A stretch of DNA of 64,000 bases from contig CM000436.1 of NCBI GenBank assembly GCA_000165345.1, forward strand, positions 224,001-288,000. The letters are read 5' to 3'. The notes under the pieces are model-generated. The model had not been told where the DNA came from. It saw nothing but the letters and a program-made list of their open reading frames with translations, and did not search any database. The translations under genes were made by a program, and so were the position numbers. Of the stretch, positions 10,582 through 23,060 are shown one piece after another (positions within the stretch are counted from its first letter, which is position 1; every line of letters begins with the position of its first letter).

Positions 10582-11922
10582 CTAGCTAGACTCAGACTTC
10601 CAAATCTTCTTGCTAATTAAGAATTGAAAGTTTAAAACCAAAGTAAATATGGAGAGAGTAAGTTGGATAATTACTAAAACTGTAATCATATAAAAATTTG
10701 GGCGGGTAAAACATGCATTTTTAAAAGCCAAATAGTCTTGTGTGGGTAAACTATATAAATTTGGAGCAATTGAATCAACATTGCAAAATAACTTTAGGAG
10801 ATGATTTCCAAACCAAACAAGCGAGCAGGACCATGAGAATACAAATGTTGAGTAGAACTTTACTATTAAGGAGATTAAAATAAGCATTTTACTGCAGGAT
10901 AAGGAGGCAATGTAGCCAAGAATACCAACTAATATAGCAATTAAGCCGGAATGGGTAGCAGCGGCAAGTACGGTTCTATAGTAATAGTCTACTTGTGATT
11001 TTAGGTCTATGTTGCTTTCTGCTGAACTAGAATATCTGAATTTGAAAAAATAAAGAATTAATGAAGCAACAAGAGCAGCGTTTCCTATATATGCAATAGA
11101 GTAATCAAGAATTCCAAGTCTTTGAGATTGAATGAAGTTCCCAAGATATTGTCTTCTAACTACAAAGAGTTCCATAACAAAGTTAGTTGAGAGGTAAACT
11201 GAGTAGTAAATGATAATGAAATAAAGCTTATTTAGAGCAAAATTTGAAGTTTCAATAATGAGGGTAGATTCTCGAAGTACCATAATCTCCTCTAAATTGG
11301 ATCTACAATTTACCATAAGCTTTACCATGGCTGTAATTATGATTGGTAAAGAAATAAATGGAGATTGCCAAATAAAAACTTGATCAATAAATAACTTGGA
11401 TTTGAATATGTTAATCCATCTTACTATGATTCCTTGTTTAAATAATATAAAAAGTATCCCAAAAATACAATTAATAATTAGCTGAGTTGCCATTACTGTA
11501 GTTGTTATAATGGTCATAATATTTGCTTGTTTTACATAATTAGCAGTTTTTTCAAAACCATTTTTATTTTTTAAGAACTTTTCTAATTCATATTCCTGGT
11601 AAGTAATGTATATTCCAAGAATTATTGAAGAGATTAATAGTAAATACTCTGCAAATAGAAAAATAGCCTCTTTTTTATCAGTATACTGTCGGATAAACTC
11701 CAAACTAGAAACACTGCTTTTTGCAGAATTTAAACTTCCAATATTCAATGCAACAAGGTGGCAATCTTCTTTCAAGTTTACTTGGACAGTTGGTTCTGAG
11801 TCATTTTCTGTAAAGTTTTCAATTTTTTCATCAACCTCTTTTAATATAGGTTGTTTAACTAACACATTTTCCAACTCAATCTCACCTTCCTTAATTGATT
11901 TTTGATTTTCCAAAGAATTCAT
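10582..11922 (-). CDS. hypothetical multi-pass membrane protein (about 8-10 predicted TM helices)
   Basis: 446 aa ORF with an acidic N-terminal 90 aa followed by many hydrophobic segments. No family recognised. Confidence 0.5.
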   Translation of the reverse strand: MNSLENQKSIKEGEIELENVLVKQPILKEVDEKIENFTENDSEPTVQVNLKEDCHLVALNIGSLNSAKSSVSSLEFIRQYTDKKEAIFLFAEYLLLISSIILGIYITYQEYELEKFLKNKNGFEKTANYVKQANIMTIITTTVMATQLIINCIFGILFILFKQGIIVRWINIFKSKLFIDQVFIWQSPFISLPIIITAMVKLMVNCRSNLEEIMVLRESTLIIETSNFALNKLYFIIIYYSVYLSTNFVMELFVVRRQYLGNFIQSQRLGILDYSIAYIGNAALVASLILYFFKFRYSSSAESNIDLKSQVDYYYRTVLAAATHSGLIAILVGILGYIASLSCSKMLILISLIVKFYSTFVFSWSCSLVWFGNHLLKLFCNVDSIAPNLYSLPTQDYLAFKNACFTRPNFYMITVLVIIQLTLSIFTLVLNFQFLISKKIWKSESS

Positions 11923-12208
11923 TGATAAGTCTTTTTAATTAATCAAGTTTTATTTGCAAATAATATGTCACAATATATAGGTTAATTAAAGTAATAAGTT
12001 ATTCTTAATGTGTATTCAAAAAATTTTTCTTTGAGCCTTAAAACACTTCTTGAAAAAAAATCACGTCCTCTTATAATAATCTTTAACTATTATTCATCAA
12101 TTATATACTTTAAATATTCGTTCATATTCAAAATAAAACCACTTTTCAATTAAAATAAGCCATTTTTTTTCTTTAATTTGATGTAAGAATTATTTATTAA
12201 TATATTTT

Positions 12209-12334
12209 TTACCGCCAAAACACGTCATTTACGGTATATAAAAGGCAAATATATTTATTTTCTCGCCACGTGTATAATTAACCGTCAAAAAAATATTTGA
12301 AATGATTTGCATGCATACATGCATACATGCGAAC
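12209..12334. promoter_or_regulatory. composite module: CCGCCAAAACACGTCATTTACGGTATATAAAAGG ... CGCCACGTGTATAATTAACCG ... TGCATGCATACATGCATACATGCG
   Basis: It lies in the intergenic region between two minus-strand genes (membrane protein and COPA), adjacent to the 5' end of the membrane-protein gene (ATG 11922). Confidence 0.4.
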
Positions 12335-12496
12335 AGTTTTATTATTAAACACTTTATGTGGAAAGATTAAACATTTATATTTAATTTATTTAAAAAGAGA
12401 TGAAAAAAGAAATAATGGGAATTGAATAGAGAATTATAAGATAAATAATAAATATTACAGTATGAGTAAGTTCTGAAGAAAATGTTTAAATGGTTA

Positions 12497-15400
12497 TTAG
12501 AGGATTCCAATAACCCTAAGACCAATTTCACCAGTTTTGCAATTAGGACAAATTTCTCCAGTAAATTGTGAAAGGTGATTACTAGAGCAAACTGGGCATT
12601 TGACAAAATCTTGAGATTTTGGATTAATTTTTGTAAGAGATGACGAACAAATAATGATGTGGTCAATATCTCTGTGTGGGTCGAAGTTAATATTATGTTC
12701 GTCTGTGGCTTTTTGGTCACATGCTGCGAGAATTTTCTGTGTCTTTTCGACGTCTTCAATATTTGGAATACCCAAGAGCCTTTTAGCAAAGCTTGCTGTT
12801 GTTATATAGTTCTTATGTTTCCATGCAATACCCATTGCTCTTCTAAGGACTAAAGAGGTGTGTAATGGCTGAAGTTTGCAACATGAAAAGTATGAAATCA
12901 GTTCTAAATTCCGGATTACAATTTCTGCCTGATTTTGGTCTTGACAGTTATTTAAAAGATCAATTCTAGCAAGTTCAAGCCTCATTCCAATGCAATACTG
13001 ACATATTAATTCTGAAAGTTGTTTGAGTTGGTCAATGTTTTGCGAATAGAGAGAGTAATGTTCCACAACCAAGGGAGCAATGATTATTGCTTGTTGAAAA
13101 ACTTCCAATGCTGATTGGAACTTTCCTGAAGTTACCAGCTTCTGTCCAGTTTTCACTAACTCTATCAAATTGGATTCGTTGAATAAGATTATTGGGGAAA
13201 TATGTCCATTTGGAGAATTCTCATTAAAGAGTTTGTACCCTTCTGAAATTAAGGGTAGATTAATGCTAGGTCCTTCAGAGAAGCTTGGCAAGCTATAAGT
13301 AGAACTGAGAGCAATCATCTTGAAGATTTGTTTGAAAGGCTGACAATCTTTAACTCCCATCTTCCTTAAAAGAATTGTGAGCGCATCTTCGTATTTTCCT
13401 GCCACTATCAAATTAATGATAGAGTATCTGGGAGACGTTGCTGGAGCATTTTCTGGAGCATATAATATTCTGTCTTGGAATGAAGGACCTGGGTTCATCT
13501 TTGATAACCCATTTGACTCAGGAGCCTCATTTGTATACAAATTTTGGCCTCCGATTCCCTCAAAAATGTGGTCTTCGTTCAGTTTTATATCATTTGGGAC
13601 ATCAATATTATCAATATCATCCCATTCTGGCTGGGATGACGAGCCAAATCCAGTACCTCCATTTATCGAAGATGCATCTATCTGACTTAAGCTCTTACCT
13701 CCGACGCTTTTAAAATCATTTTGATCGGATGCTCTAATATTTTCTGATGATATCTCTGAGATATTAATTCTTGGCCAGTTAAGTCCCTCAATGGTGAGTT
13801 TTTTTGCTGCCAGAATTGGAATACAAGGAGCTGTCATGCAAGACTTGGAGGATTCATTGCAGACTTGATCTGAAGGTTTACTAGCTTTAAGAATATTCAG
13901 GAACTCAAAAGCATCAGCACCATCCACACTATAAGCTTCAGTATACTGTGAAAGGAGCTCTTCTTTTACCTGATTGTATCCATATGTATGAGCTAAAGCA
14001 ATTGCAAGAGGAATTTGACCGAAACTTTTTAAAATGTTAATTCTCTCTGGAATATCGTTCATAAGAAGGGCAATATGGTATTTTCTTGTCCAATTCTTTT
14101 GCTTCTCGGATATTTTACCTAACTTCTCCATATATTCTCTCTGGCCAATTACATAATAAAGTAAGATCAGTTTCTCAAACTCTTTAGTAACTTGAAGACA
14201 TTTTTCAGCGACGTTAATAAATCCATGTAAAAGAGCACTTCTTCCAAGGCAGTCCCACATTGTTTCCAATGTTGTTGAGTTCAAAATGGGAAGAATAGTC
14301 TTATGGTTACTATTTCCTTTAAAATAGGAATTTGAACTTGAGTTTTCCTTTTCAGCTTCCAAATTCTGCAAATCCTTTACTATATTGTAAGCTTGCATAA
14401 TTTCACCAAATTGAACAGCATAATAAAACTTCAAAATTGGGTTCTCCACTAATTGGATTGCTACTTCTGGATATCCATGTTGTGTAAGGTAATTCAATGT
14501 TGAAAGTCCTTTCAAATTCCCATCCTTGGTATATCTTAATACTTTTCCGCTTTCTTGGTTTATAATGGAAAGTTTAAATAATGCCTCATTCAAATTCAGT
14601 TTTTCAATTATTTGGACGCTACCAAACCTGTTTAAAGTAATTAATTCCTTCCTTGAGTCTTCATAATGTTTAATATAAAGAGTATCAGGGATTGTTTGAA
14701 TTATTCCTGATTCATTGATATTTGGAATTGCATATTTAATATGACCTTGGGTAGTATATATAAAGATTGGAAGAGTTTCATGCCAAATTCCGGACTTTAC
14801 TGTAAGATTTTCGGTATAAGTTGCAATTACTTGAAGCTCACTATTAGTGAAAATGATATTATACTTGCATACGATTGCAATCACAGACTTATCTTGGCTC
14901 CATTGAATTGTTCTGACTCCAGTGGAGGAACCTCCTGTTTCATTACAAATTGTATTAAATGTCAGACATTGTTGAAAGTTTTGCCCAATCTTATTATTAA
15001 TGACAGCAACCTGGTGGTTTTGAAGATTAGAAATGACAAGCTCTGCTACTACTTCTCTCTGTGAGATGTCATATATATAAAGAAAATCATCTGACTGTAT
15101 TATGATTTGCTGTTGGTTACTTCCCATGAAGAGCTTTTGAGCAATCCAAGGAAGCTCCCATCTCTTGAGAATATCTCCATCTAAAGATATTATGGAAATA
15201 GTTTGTCCAGAATTTTCAAGGGCTGCTAGTCTATTTCTTGAAAGAAAGATCACAGAAGTAACACCTGGAAGTCCACTCTTGCATTTTGAGCTACTGGAGG
15301 AGCTATTTTGCCCAGAACTATTATTAATCAGTTGTGAGAGAGAGTTGATTGTGATAATATCATAAGTGAATTGTAAAGCATTTGAATTTGTTGATGTTAT

Positions 15401-16645
15401 ACCATTATTTGAAGAGCTGCTACTATTCAATCCATTGAATGCATCTCTCTTATAGTAAACTAGAAAGCATAGCTCATTTGGACTGAATGGATTAATATAA
15501 AAGTTACTAGGACATAGCATATTGCTGGATATATTATTGCTTTTCATGGGAAGAATTGAATGAACATTCTTACTTTTAACATCATACATGTAAAGAAATC
15601 TATCATTAATGTACCAAAGTTGATTCATTGAAGAGCAGAAATCTGAAGGAAGTCTTTCAGGTTCTAGTTTGAAAATAATCATACCAGAATCATGTCCAGC
15701 AGCAAAAAGACTATTAGTTGGATGACTGACTATTGTCCAAAATCGATCAGAATCTCTTCTATAAGTGTGAATACAAGCTCTTTTTGTAAGATCCCAGATT
15801 CTAATAGTTCTATCTTCACTATTAGATAATAGCCAATCCTTGTTTGAGTGGAAAATAACAGAAGAAACGTTGTTAAAATGTCCTCTTAAAGTATCAATTT
15901 CCCATGCTTTAGTATCATTGTATCTCCAAAGCTTAATCGTTCGATCATCTGAAGCTGAAGCTAATAGTGAAAGAGTTGGATGGAATGCAACCCAATTAAC
16001 TCCTCTTTCATGACCTTCAAGAACAAATTTGCAAAGTACATCATTAGCTCCAAACATATCAACATGAGCAGGCATAGTATGAGAAGCTCCAATAGATGTA
16101 GAATAACTGGAATATGAGGAATGTCCTTTAACCGTCTTTTCTCTAAGCCCAGTAAAATCCCAAATTCTAACAGATTGATCCATACTTGCTGAAGCTAGGA
16201 TATCTTGATGAGGATGAAAAATGGAACACATTACATAGTGATTATGCCCTGTAATCACAGATATACAGGTTCTACTTTGCCAGTTCCAAAGTCTCATAGT
16301 TTGATCATCAGAGCAAGAAAGAATCCAAGGATATTCTTTATGAAATTCAACTGTTCTGATATAATCTAAATGTCCTAAGAGTGTAAATAGACATTTTCTT
16401 TCTTTGTAATTCCATACTTTAACTCTATAGTCATCTCCTCCTGAAACAAATATTGGTTGGCTTTCATGGAAATCAATTCCTCTGACAGGTCCTTCATGTT
16501 CTTCAAATGTATCCAGAAGGCTTCCAATTCTATAATCCCAAAATTGAATTACACCATTATGAAGGCTAACAAGAACCCAAGGTAGTTTTGGATGAAAGGA
16601 TAAACCCTTTGCTCGGGTACTTTTGCTCTCACACTTAATCAACAT
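12497..16645 (-). CDS. COPA: coatomer complex subunit alpha (COPI alpha)
   Basis: The N-terminus [38 protein letters not shown] matches [27 protein letters not shown]. It has successive WD40 repeats and a C-terminal alpha-solenoid. S/N-rich insertions lengthen it to 1382 aa. Confidence 0.95.
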   Translation of the reverse strand: MLIKCESKSTRAKGLSFHPKLPWVLVSLHNGVIQFWDYRIGSLLDTFEEHEGPVRGIDFHESQPIFVSGGDDYRVKVWNYKERKCLFTLLGHLDYIRTVEFHKEYPWILSCSDDQTMRLWNWQSRTCISVITGHNHYVMCSIFHPHQDILASASMDQSVRIWDFTGLREKTVKGHSSYSSYSTSIGASHTMPAHVDMFGANDVLCKFVLEGHERGVNWVAFHPTLSLLASASDDRTIKLWRYNDTKAWEIDTLRGHFNNVSSVIFHSNKDWLLSNSEDRTIRIWDLTKRACIHTYRRDSDRFWTIVSHPTNSLFAAGHDSGMIIFKLEPERLPSDFCSSMNQLWYINDRFLYMYDVKSKNVHSILPMKSNNISSNMLCPSNFYINPFSPNELCFLVYYKRDAFNGLNSSSSSNNGITSTNSNALQFTYDIITINSLSQLINNSSGQNSSSSSSKCKSGLPGVTSVIFLSRNRLAALENSGQTISIISLDGDILKRWELPWIAQKLFMGSNQQQIIIQSDDFLYIYDISQREVVAELVISNLQNHQVAVINNKIGQNFQQCLTFNTICNETGGSSTGVRTIQWSQDKSVIAIVCKYNIIFTNSELQVIATYTENLTVKSGIWHETLPIFIYTTQGHIKYAIPNINESGIIQTIPDTLYIKHYEDSRKELITLNRFGSVQIIEKLNLNEALFKLSIINQESGKVLRYTKDGNLKGLSTLNYLTQHGYPEVAIQLVENPILKFYYAVQFGEIMQAYNIVKDLQNLEAEKENSSSNSYFKGNSNHKTILPILNSTTLETMWDCLGRSALLHGFINVAEKCLQVTKEFEKLILLYYVIGQREYMEKLGKISEKQKNWTRKYHIALLMNDIPERINILKSFGQIPLAIALAHTYGYNQVKEELLSQYTEAYSVDGADAFEFLNILKASKPSDQVCNESSKSCMTAPCIPILAAKKLTIEGLNWPRINISEISSENIRASDQNDFKSVGGKSLSQIDASSINGGTGFGSSSQPEWDDIDNIDVPNDIKLNEDHIFEGIGGQNLYTNEAPESNGLSKMNPGPSFQDRILYAPENAPATSPRYSIINLIVAGKYEDALTILLRKMGVKDCQPFKQIFKMIALSSTYSLPSFSEGPSINLPLISEGYKLFNENSPNGHISPIILFNESNLIELVKTGQKLVTSGKFQSALEVFQQAIIIAPLVVEHYSLYSQNIDQLKQLSELICQYCIGMRLELARIDLLNNCQDQNQAEIVIRNLELISYFSCCKLQPLHTSLVLRRAMGIAWKHKNYITTASFAKRLLGIPNIEDVEKTQKILAACDQKATDEHNINFDPHRDIDHIIICSSSLTKINPKSQDFVKCPVCSSNHLSQFTGEICPNCKTGEIGLRVIGIL

Positions 16646-17182
16646 ATTCTTCCCACATATAAAATAGAAAATATTATTAAGAGAAGAACAAAGATTGAAA
16701 AGTTTTTAGTTAAGTTAATTAATAATTAATTATTGTTATTATTACTATTACCACTCTGGGAAAAGAAACTCTATACTGTATATTATTAAAAAATAAAAAA
16801 AGAAAAGAAGGTCCACTTTAAATGTATTATTAATTCCTCTCACTTTTAAATAAAATTAAATCAGCTTTTTCCTTAATGATAATAATTTTTAATTCCAAAA
16901 TTATTAAAGAAATCCTTTCAATAAGTCCAGTTCTTGTAGAATTTTCTGAGAATCACCAAATAGAAAACTACTAAGGATGGAGAAATTGTGTTGATTTTCC
17001 TTTTTTTTTTTAAAAAAAAAATTATCTCACTTTTTCTTTTTCCTTAATAAAATTATTTGAGAAAAGAAAGAGAATTTATCTAATTTCCTTTTTTCTTTCT
17101 TTTCTTTTTCTATTTTCCCTCAATTCTTTTAACTTTAACACATTGCAAGGAATATTCTCATTTTGAGGGGTATTACTGTGAG

Positions 17183-17201
17183 TTTGGCGCCTTTTGGCGG
17201 C
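17183..17201. promoter_or_regulatory. tandem E2F-like sites TTTGGCGCC + TTTTGGCGGC
   Basis: Two adjacent GGCG(C/G)C cores in a 1.2-kb divergent intergenic region between COPA (minus) and POLA2 (plus). Confidence 0.45.
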
Positions 17202-17600
17202 AATTTGGATTCACAATAAAATTAATTTTGGAAAATGAATAATAGTAATTAGGTGAGAATTAAAAAAAAACGATTTAATAATAGTTGATAATATTATTTG
17301 GGTTAATTCGTACGGTTGTTATTATTATTCATTTAGAATATATAAATATATAGTATTATAAAAAAACTAGATTTATGAAAATGAACAGTAGATTTAACTT
17401 AAAGCAAGTGGGGAGGAACCTTTTGTAGGAAATAAAAGCCAAAATTAGATTATTATACCTTTAAAAAATTCACTGCATTAAAAAAAATTGTATACCAAAT
17501 TAATTTATTACGAAATTAGTACAGATTTATATTTAAACTTGACTTGTTTCAATACATTTTTATTTTCATAAATTAGTTTCATAATATTCAACGGTATCTT

Positions 17601-17626
17601 TGCATGCAAAAATACCGGTATATATA
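17601..17626. promoter_or_regulatory. TGCATGCA palindrome + ACCGGTATATATA element
   Basis: It lies about 230 bp upstream of the POLA2 ATG. The same pair of words recurs at 38229-38268, 22823-22933, 12209-12334, 8824-8874 and 59594-59681. Confidence 0.45.
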
Positions 17627-17849
17627 TATTATGTAAAAAATAAATAAATGCGCGGTAATGTAATAAATTATTAACACTGTAAATGTGGGAAAGTTAAGTT
17701 TTTTTTTTTCTTTTTTAAATATAATTTGAATTTAATAAGATATTCAAGTATACAAATTAATAGGGCAAGTTTATTAGGATTATCGTTATTCTTTTTCATA
17801 TAGTTAAATTGTAAAGTAACCAAACTTTTGGGAAAGAGAGGGGGAAAAA

Positions 17850-19715
17850 ATGAGCTCTACTGAAAGTGGAGAGCAAATAATTGAAAGAATCCAAACTTTA
17901 CTTGGGGAAGAATATGATAACTATAAGGAAAGCTTTGAAGTAATTCATAAAATAAATCCATTAAGCAATCCCCATAAGTTTATCAGCCATGTAGAGAAAT
18001 ATTTAGGACACCCAATTTCAGCAATGAATGATAAATTGGATTTTGGATATCATAAAACTGAATTAAATAAATCTTCATCAAGAAATATAAATAGAAAAAG
18101 CATTAGTGGGATAAAAGGATATTCTCCATCCAGGAAAGGATTATCTGGAAATTCTTACAAATTCACAAATATCAAAAGCTTTTCCAATTTTATGAAAGAT
18201 TTTGGTAATGAATGTATTGAATCAGAAAGTTCTTCAAATTCAAAAATAACCACATTCAAAAGTAGTATTACGCCCATATATAATGAAAATCTTTTGCGTA
18301 GAAAAGGATGTTTGACTGATAAAAGTTTTACTAAGTATTATGCAGAAAGAATTGTGGAAAATTCAGAAGATTCACTTTGGTTGGATTCTGATTTAGAATC
18401 ATATAGTAGAGAAATTGATAGAAGAATTCAAAGTTTGATTGATGAAATTGTATCAAACTGCTCAGATCTTTGGATTGATGAACAAGGAAATAAATACCCA
18501 ATTATTCCAATTGGAGAAACAAGAAAACAAGCTATTGTTACTTTAGGAGCAATAGGATGTGATAATGAAGGAAATTTGAACGAACAAAGCGTTATATTAC
18601 TTGGTACCAGAGCTTCTAGTTCAGGAAATATTTCCCAACTTAAGCTTGGAAATGTGAATGGAGATTTTGCTCTATATCCAGGACAAGTTGTAGCAATATT
18701 GGGTAATACTGAGACCGATGAATTTGGACAAAATTGTATACTTGCTAAAGAAATTATTGGTGGATTACCACCGAAACCTGCAGAGACCAGTCTTAAAGAA
18801 TTGAAAAATATTCCAGAATTTTACGCTGGAAAAGGAGAACATCCTGTACAATGTATGATCTTTTCTGGGCCATTCACAACTGATAAAGAAAATCTCAATT
18901 ATGATTATCTTAATGAAATACTCAATTATGCAAATATTGAAAAACCACACGTACTTATCCTATTAGGTCCTTTCATTGATGTAAGAAATGAATCAATTAA
19001 AAAGGGTGATTTATTTGATTTTGGCTCGAATACATTTATTACTTTTGAAGATCTCTTTCGAAGAAATATTTATAATTCAATTGAAAGTTTTGCAAGAAAG
19101 AATGAAAAGGTTAAGATATATATCATTCCATCAGAATATGATGCAGCACATCCCTTTCCAATTCCACAACCAGGACTTAAAGAATCATTCTTTCCAAACA
19201 CAAGTAATGAATCATTGACATTTTGTCGAAATATTCATTTTCTATCAAATCCATGTGAACTTTATATTAATGATATAAAAATTTCAATAACTTCTTCTGA
19301 TATTGTGACGCCAATTATTAATTCTTGTATTACTAGAAGTGGAAATCTTCCTATAGAAGTTGTACTTAGCCAATTTTTATATCAAAGAACTTTATATCCT
19401 TGTTTCCCAGTACAACATCCAATAAATCCCAAACTTCTTCAAAAGCTTGCTTTATCTGGTGAACTACCTCATATTATAATAACTCCATATGGAAGCTCTT
19501 GCCCTTTTGTTAAATCTGTACTTGGGAGGATTTTTGTTAATCCAACAGGAAATAAACCATTTTCAGGAGTTTCATTATATATTAATTCTCCAACAGAATC
19601 TCAAATTCAACAAGCAAATGAACTTTGTCAGAATTTGGATGAACAAACATGTAAAGTTCCATTATTTATTCAAGAACGTATATGTGCTGATGAAATTAGC
19701 TTTTCAAAAAATTAA
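17850..19715 (+). CDS. DNA polymerase alpha subunit B (POLA2/Pol12-like)
   Basis: The phosphoesterase-fold motifs align with human POLA2: FSGPFTTDKENLNYDYLNEIL vs CGPYTTSDSITYDPLLDL; HVLILLGPFID vs VCILFGPFLD; RIFVNPTGNKPFSG vs CVCVNPGRLTKG. The size of 621 aa is appropriate. Confidence 0.8.
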   Translation: MSSTESGEQIIERIQTLLGEEYDNYKESFEVIHKINPLSNPHKFISHVEKYLGHPISAMNDKLDFGYHKTELNKSSSRNINRKSISGIKGYSPSRKGLSGNSYKFTNIKSFSNFMKDFGNECIESESSSNSKITTFKSSITPIYNENLLRRKGCLTDKSFTKYYAERIVENSEDSLWLDSDLESYSREIDRRIQSLIDEIVSNCSDLWIDEQGNKYPIIPIGETRKQAIVTLGAIGCDNEGNLNEQSVILLGTRASSSGNISQLKLGNVNGDFALYPGQVVAILGNTETDEFGQNCILAKEIIGGLPPKPAETSLKELKNIPEFYAGKGEHPVQCMIFSGPFTTDKENLNYDYLNEILNYANIEKPHVLILLGPFIDVRNESIKKGDLFDFGSNTFITFEDLFRRNIYNSIESFARKNEKVKIYIIPSEYDAAHPFPIPQPGLKESFFPNTSNESLTFCRNIHFLSNPCELYINDIKISITSSDIVTPIINSCITRSGNLPIEVVLSQFLYQRTLYPCFPVQHPINPKLLQKLALSGELPHIIITPYGSSCPFVKSVLGRIFVNPTGNKPFSGVSLYINSPTESQIQQANELCQNLDEQTCKVPLFIQERICADEISFSKN

Positions 19716-19745
19716 AACTAATTATATATAACTAGTTTAGTAAAT

Positions 19746-21116
19746 TTATTCAAAAATCTTTGATCTTCTCTTTAATGTATCAATTCCTCCTACTAACTTT
19801 GGAGTAAAATCACTTGGTAATAACTTTTCACCAACTAAAAGAAGCTCTTTATAAACCCCTCTAACAGTTGTTTCACCACTTTTTGCTGCAACTGCAACAC
19901 TTTTCATTTCAATTTGAATATTACATAAATTACATACAAAGTATATTGCTCCAGCAGCTAGTGAATTAGGACGATGACTTTTATTGATATACTGTTCAGC
20001 AGTCCTACAAACATACTCTGCAATACCAACAATTTCATGAGATAACTGTAAATAATGGCAGAATCTTGGCATTAACTCTGCTGCTGAAGAACTTAAAGTT
20101 GGGCCTCTTCTTGGTAAATCTTTTTTTAATTTATTAATTGACCTTACTAACTCTCTTTCTGAAATAGTTCTATCAAATGATAATAACTCTTTAACTGTTC
20201 TAGAAACACCTTCTTCTCTGCATGCCAAATATACAATGGCAAGTACATGTTTTTTACCACTTTTTAATATATTCAAATTACTTTGCTCTTTAACAATCTC
20301 CTTACATCTCTCAATAATGTTATCATGAAGTGAGAAACTATTTGCTATTTGCCTTAATTGATTAAAAACTTCTTTAATCATGCGATCACTCGATGCTTGA
20401 GTGTTGTGCTTTAACATAGTTTTCATTAATTTTTTATCACCAACAAGTAACTGAGAATCGGTACCATCATCTAGCCAAACATCATTTACAGAACCAATAC
20501 GAGACTTAGAATTCCCATCATTCCCATCATTAGAGAAAGATCTCCATTCTTGTTCCTCATTTATGACTCTATCTTCAACAACAACTCCGCATCTGGTGCA
20601 TATTTCAGACCCAGATTTTGAATCGTATACAACAATAGAATTTCCAGCTCCACATCTTTTGCAAAATTTGGTAGCTCTAAAGCTTCTAAATAGATGTGGA
20701 AGTGCTCCTGGCTTGTCAAAATCTTTATTTGAAACTATTCCAGCTTGAATAGTTGCTGGTATTGCAGGAACTTGTTGAGTTGGTTCACTTTCTCCAATAG
20801 TTTGTTGTATTTTCCTTTCTGGATATGGATTGCTCCTTCCCAAATCATTTTGTTTATCAGATAATAACTTATCTGAAGATCTAATTGGTCCGCCAGTTAA
20901 TCCATCTGTTGAGTTTCCTAGCTGACTTCTTTGCAAGTTTATAGTATTTGAAGCAGCAGAAGTATTGTTAATAGTGAGATTATCCATTCTATTTCCTACA
21001 CTACTAATTCCATTTGCTTGAGAAGAGCTCATATTCTGAGTATCCACAAGTGAATTAACATTACCTGCAATATTTAAATTAGTATTAACACCTGAAGAAG
21101 AAAGGTCTGAATTCAT
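19746..21116 (-). CDS. general transcription factor TFIIB (with low-complexity N-terminal extension)
   Basis: Zinc ribbon CKRCGAGN...CTRCGVVVEDRVINEEQEWRSFSNDG aligns with TFIIB [26 protein letters not shown]. Two cyclin-like repeats follow (SSDRMIKEVFNQLRQIA...; LAIVYLACREEGVSRTVKEL). Confidence 0.9.
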   Translation of the reverse strand: MNSDLSSSGVNTNLNIAGNVNSLVDTQNMSSSQANGISSVGNRMDNLTINNTSAASNTINLQRSQLGNSTDGLTGGPIRSSDKLLSDKQNDLGRSNPYPERKIQQTIGESEPTQQVPAIPATIQAGIVSNKDFDKPGALPHLFRSFRATKFCKRCGAGNSIVVYDSKSGSEICTRCGVVVEDRVINEEQEWRSFSNDGNDGNSKSRIGSVNDVWLDDGTDSQLLVGDKKLMKTMLKHNTQASSDRMIKEVFNQLRQIANSFSLHDNIIERCKEIVKEQSNLNILKSGKKHVLAIVYLACREEGVSRTVKELLSFDRTISERELVRSINKLKKDLPRRGPTLSSSAAELMPRFCHYLQLSHEIVGIAEYVCRTAEQYINKSHRPNSLAAGAIYFVCNLCNIQIEMKSVAVAAKSGETTVRGVYKELLLVGEKLLPSDFTPKLVGGIDTLKRRSKIFE

Positions 21117-21422
21117 AGCAATATTACCGTAATTTTGAAAACTTCAATATGAACCTCTCTATTTATTGACTTTTAGTCAAAGAAAATACAATTCTTTTCC
21201 AATATCCTTTTTACTTGTTTGATTCTTATTAATTTTGGAAAAATATAATTTAATTAAATATCAAAATCAAGAAATGTTGGCGCCAACTGCAACTTTTAAT
21301 CGTATTGACATTAAACTTGTAGTTATATTTCCAATTAGTTAATAAATATTTGCAGAAGCAAATGAATAATAATTATATACTCTTAATTTAATATACTGAG
21401 GTTGTTTGGATATCTTGTAACT

Positions 21423-22658
21423 ATGTCAAAGGTTCCAATTTACATTGTTACTGGATTTTTGGGATCAGGGAAAACTACCCTTTTGCGTCATATAATAAGT
21501 AGTCACGATCAAGATGCAAAGATAGCTATAATACAAAATGATTTTTCTGATGAAATGGGGATTGAGGCCCCTACCATGCAGGATAAAGATGGTAACTTAT
21601 TTAAAGAATTTTTTGAGCTTCCAAATGGTTGTGTTTGCTGTACTGTTAAAGACGAACTATTAAAGGCAGTTGAACATCTATTATCAATGAAAAGATTCGA
21701 GAAGATACTTTTGGAAACTACAGGTATTGCTGATCCAGAACCAATAATTGAAAAGTTTTGGCTTGACTGTGAGCTTGAAACTAGTGTTGAATTATCAGGA
21801 GTAATTACTGTAATTGATACTTATAATTTTAAGAATTACTTAGATTTGGAGCTTATTAATAAGAAAGTAAAATGTGAAACCAATAAAAATTTGCTTGAAA
21901 ATGATAGAAACCATTTAAGCCAGGAATCAAGTCCAAATAGCTCATCATTGAAACTTTTATCACCAGAAATAATTAAGCAAATAATGCTTGCAAACAAAAT
22001 TGTTCTCAATAAAACTGATCTTTTAATTGAAAATGAGTTGGAAAAAACTTCAAATAATCTCCAAAAAGTTGCAGAAGTCGAAGCAATTGTTAAAGTAATT
22101 AACCCAACTGCTAATGTTGTCACTTCAATTAAATCCCAAGTGAAAATGGACTGGCTTTTTGATCTTGATGCTTTTAATATTCATAAAATAACCCATGAAA
22201 TAGACAGAGCTTTCAATAATTCCTTAATTTCTTCACATTCAAATAATTCTTTACTCCCAAATATCTCTTCTCATACCATTTCCTTCAGTTCAAATGCCGT
22301 ATTTGACTTTAAGTCTGTTGAGAGAGCAGTTGCAAAGCTTGCTTGGGAAGAAGATGATAGCTTAGAAAATGAGGATTTGGAAGAACAGAATCAAGGAGAT
22401 TTAGAATATGACTCTGTGAACTCTAAATATGGAAAATTCATTCGATTTAAGGGTATATTTAAGGCTAAAAATTCAATTGAATCTGATCATTTAAACAATT
22501 CCATTGATATATATGCTTTGCAAGGAGTCGGACAAATTTTTGAAATTCTACCCATTAATATTAACGAGCAAGTTGAAAACTCAAAATTCTTCTTCTTGGG
22601 AATTAAAATTGACAAAAATAAGCTTGAAACACTTTTAAAATCTTGTATCATCCAATAG
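21423..22658 (+). CDS. CobW/COBW-domain (ZNG1-like) GTPase. ORF track start 21402 is TTG; first ATG is 21423.
   Basis: VPIYIVTGFLGSGKTTLL...NGCVCCTVKDEL...ILLETTGIADPEPI matches the CBWD/CobW G1, CxCC and G3 motifs. Confidence 0.85.
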   Translation: MSKVPIYIVTGFLGSGKTTLLRHIISSHDQDAKIAIIQNDFSDEMGIEAPTMQDKDGNLFKEFFELPNGCVCCTVKDELLKAVEHLLSMKRFEKILLETTGIADPEPIIEKFWLDCELETSVELSGVITVIDTYNFKNYLDLELINKKVKCETNKNLLENDRNHLSQESSPNSSSLKLLSPEIIKQIMLANKIVLNKTDLLIENELEKTSNNLQKVAEVEAIVKVINPTANVVTSIKSQVKMDWLFDLDAFNIHKITHEIDRAFNNSLISSHSNNSLLPNISSHTISFSSNAVFDFKSVERAVAKLAWEEDDSLENEDLEEQNQGDLEYDSVNSKYGKFIRFKGIFKAKNSIESDHLNNSIDIYALQGVGQIFEILPININEQVENSKFFFLGIKIDKNKLETLLKSCIIQ

Positions 22659-22822
22659 TTTTAAAATTACTATTTATCCTCTTCTAATTTTTAAATCATC
22701 ATTTCTTAATTATGCCAATTTAATTTCAAATAATTAATTCCTGAAAAAAATGAATAACACTTTAAATAGATATATTTTCTAACCTCTCTTATCTGCTTTT
22801 ATTTATTATTATTATATTATTA

Positions 22823-22933
22823 CGTGTACATGCACTCATGTGGACAAATTAACTTTTTTTTACATTATTTTGACAATAAAAAAATTCAAACATGTATACC
22901 GGAGTAGGCGCCAAACTACCACCGGTATATAAA
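22823..22933. promoter_or_regulatory. composite module: ACGTGTACATGCACTCATGTGGAC ... TATACCGGAGTAGGCGCCAAACTACCACCGGTATATAAA
   Basis: GCATGC-like, CATGTGGAC, E2F-like GGCGCCAAA and ACCGGTATATAA all within 110 bp. It lies about 130 bp upstream of the UTP6 ATG at 23061. Confidence 0.45.
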
Positions 22934-23060
22934 TTCAAAAAATATTGTCAAAAAAAAAAATCAAATTTTGACACGTCATCAATAATTAATTGTTAAAGAA
23001 ATTATTAGTTGGAAAATTTTTTGTCATTTTATTTTAAGTTAGAGTCTTTGGAGGTTAAAA

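Noticed and set aside
12367-12789. 140-aa minus-strand ORF overlapping the 3' end of COPA
   Set aside because: It is out of frame with the conserved COPA C-terminus and shows no homology.
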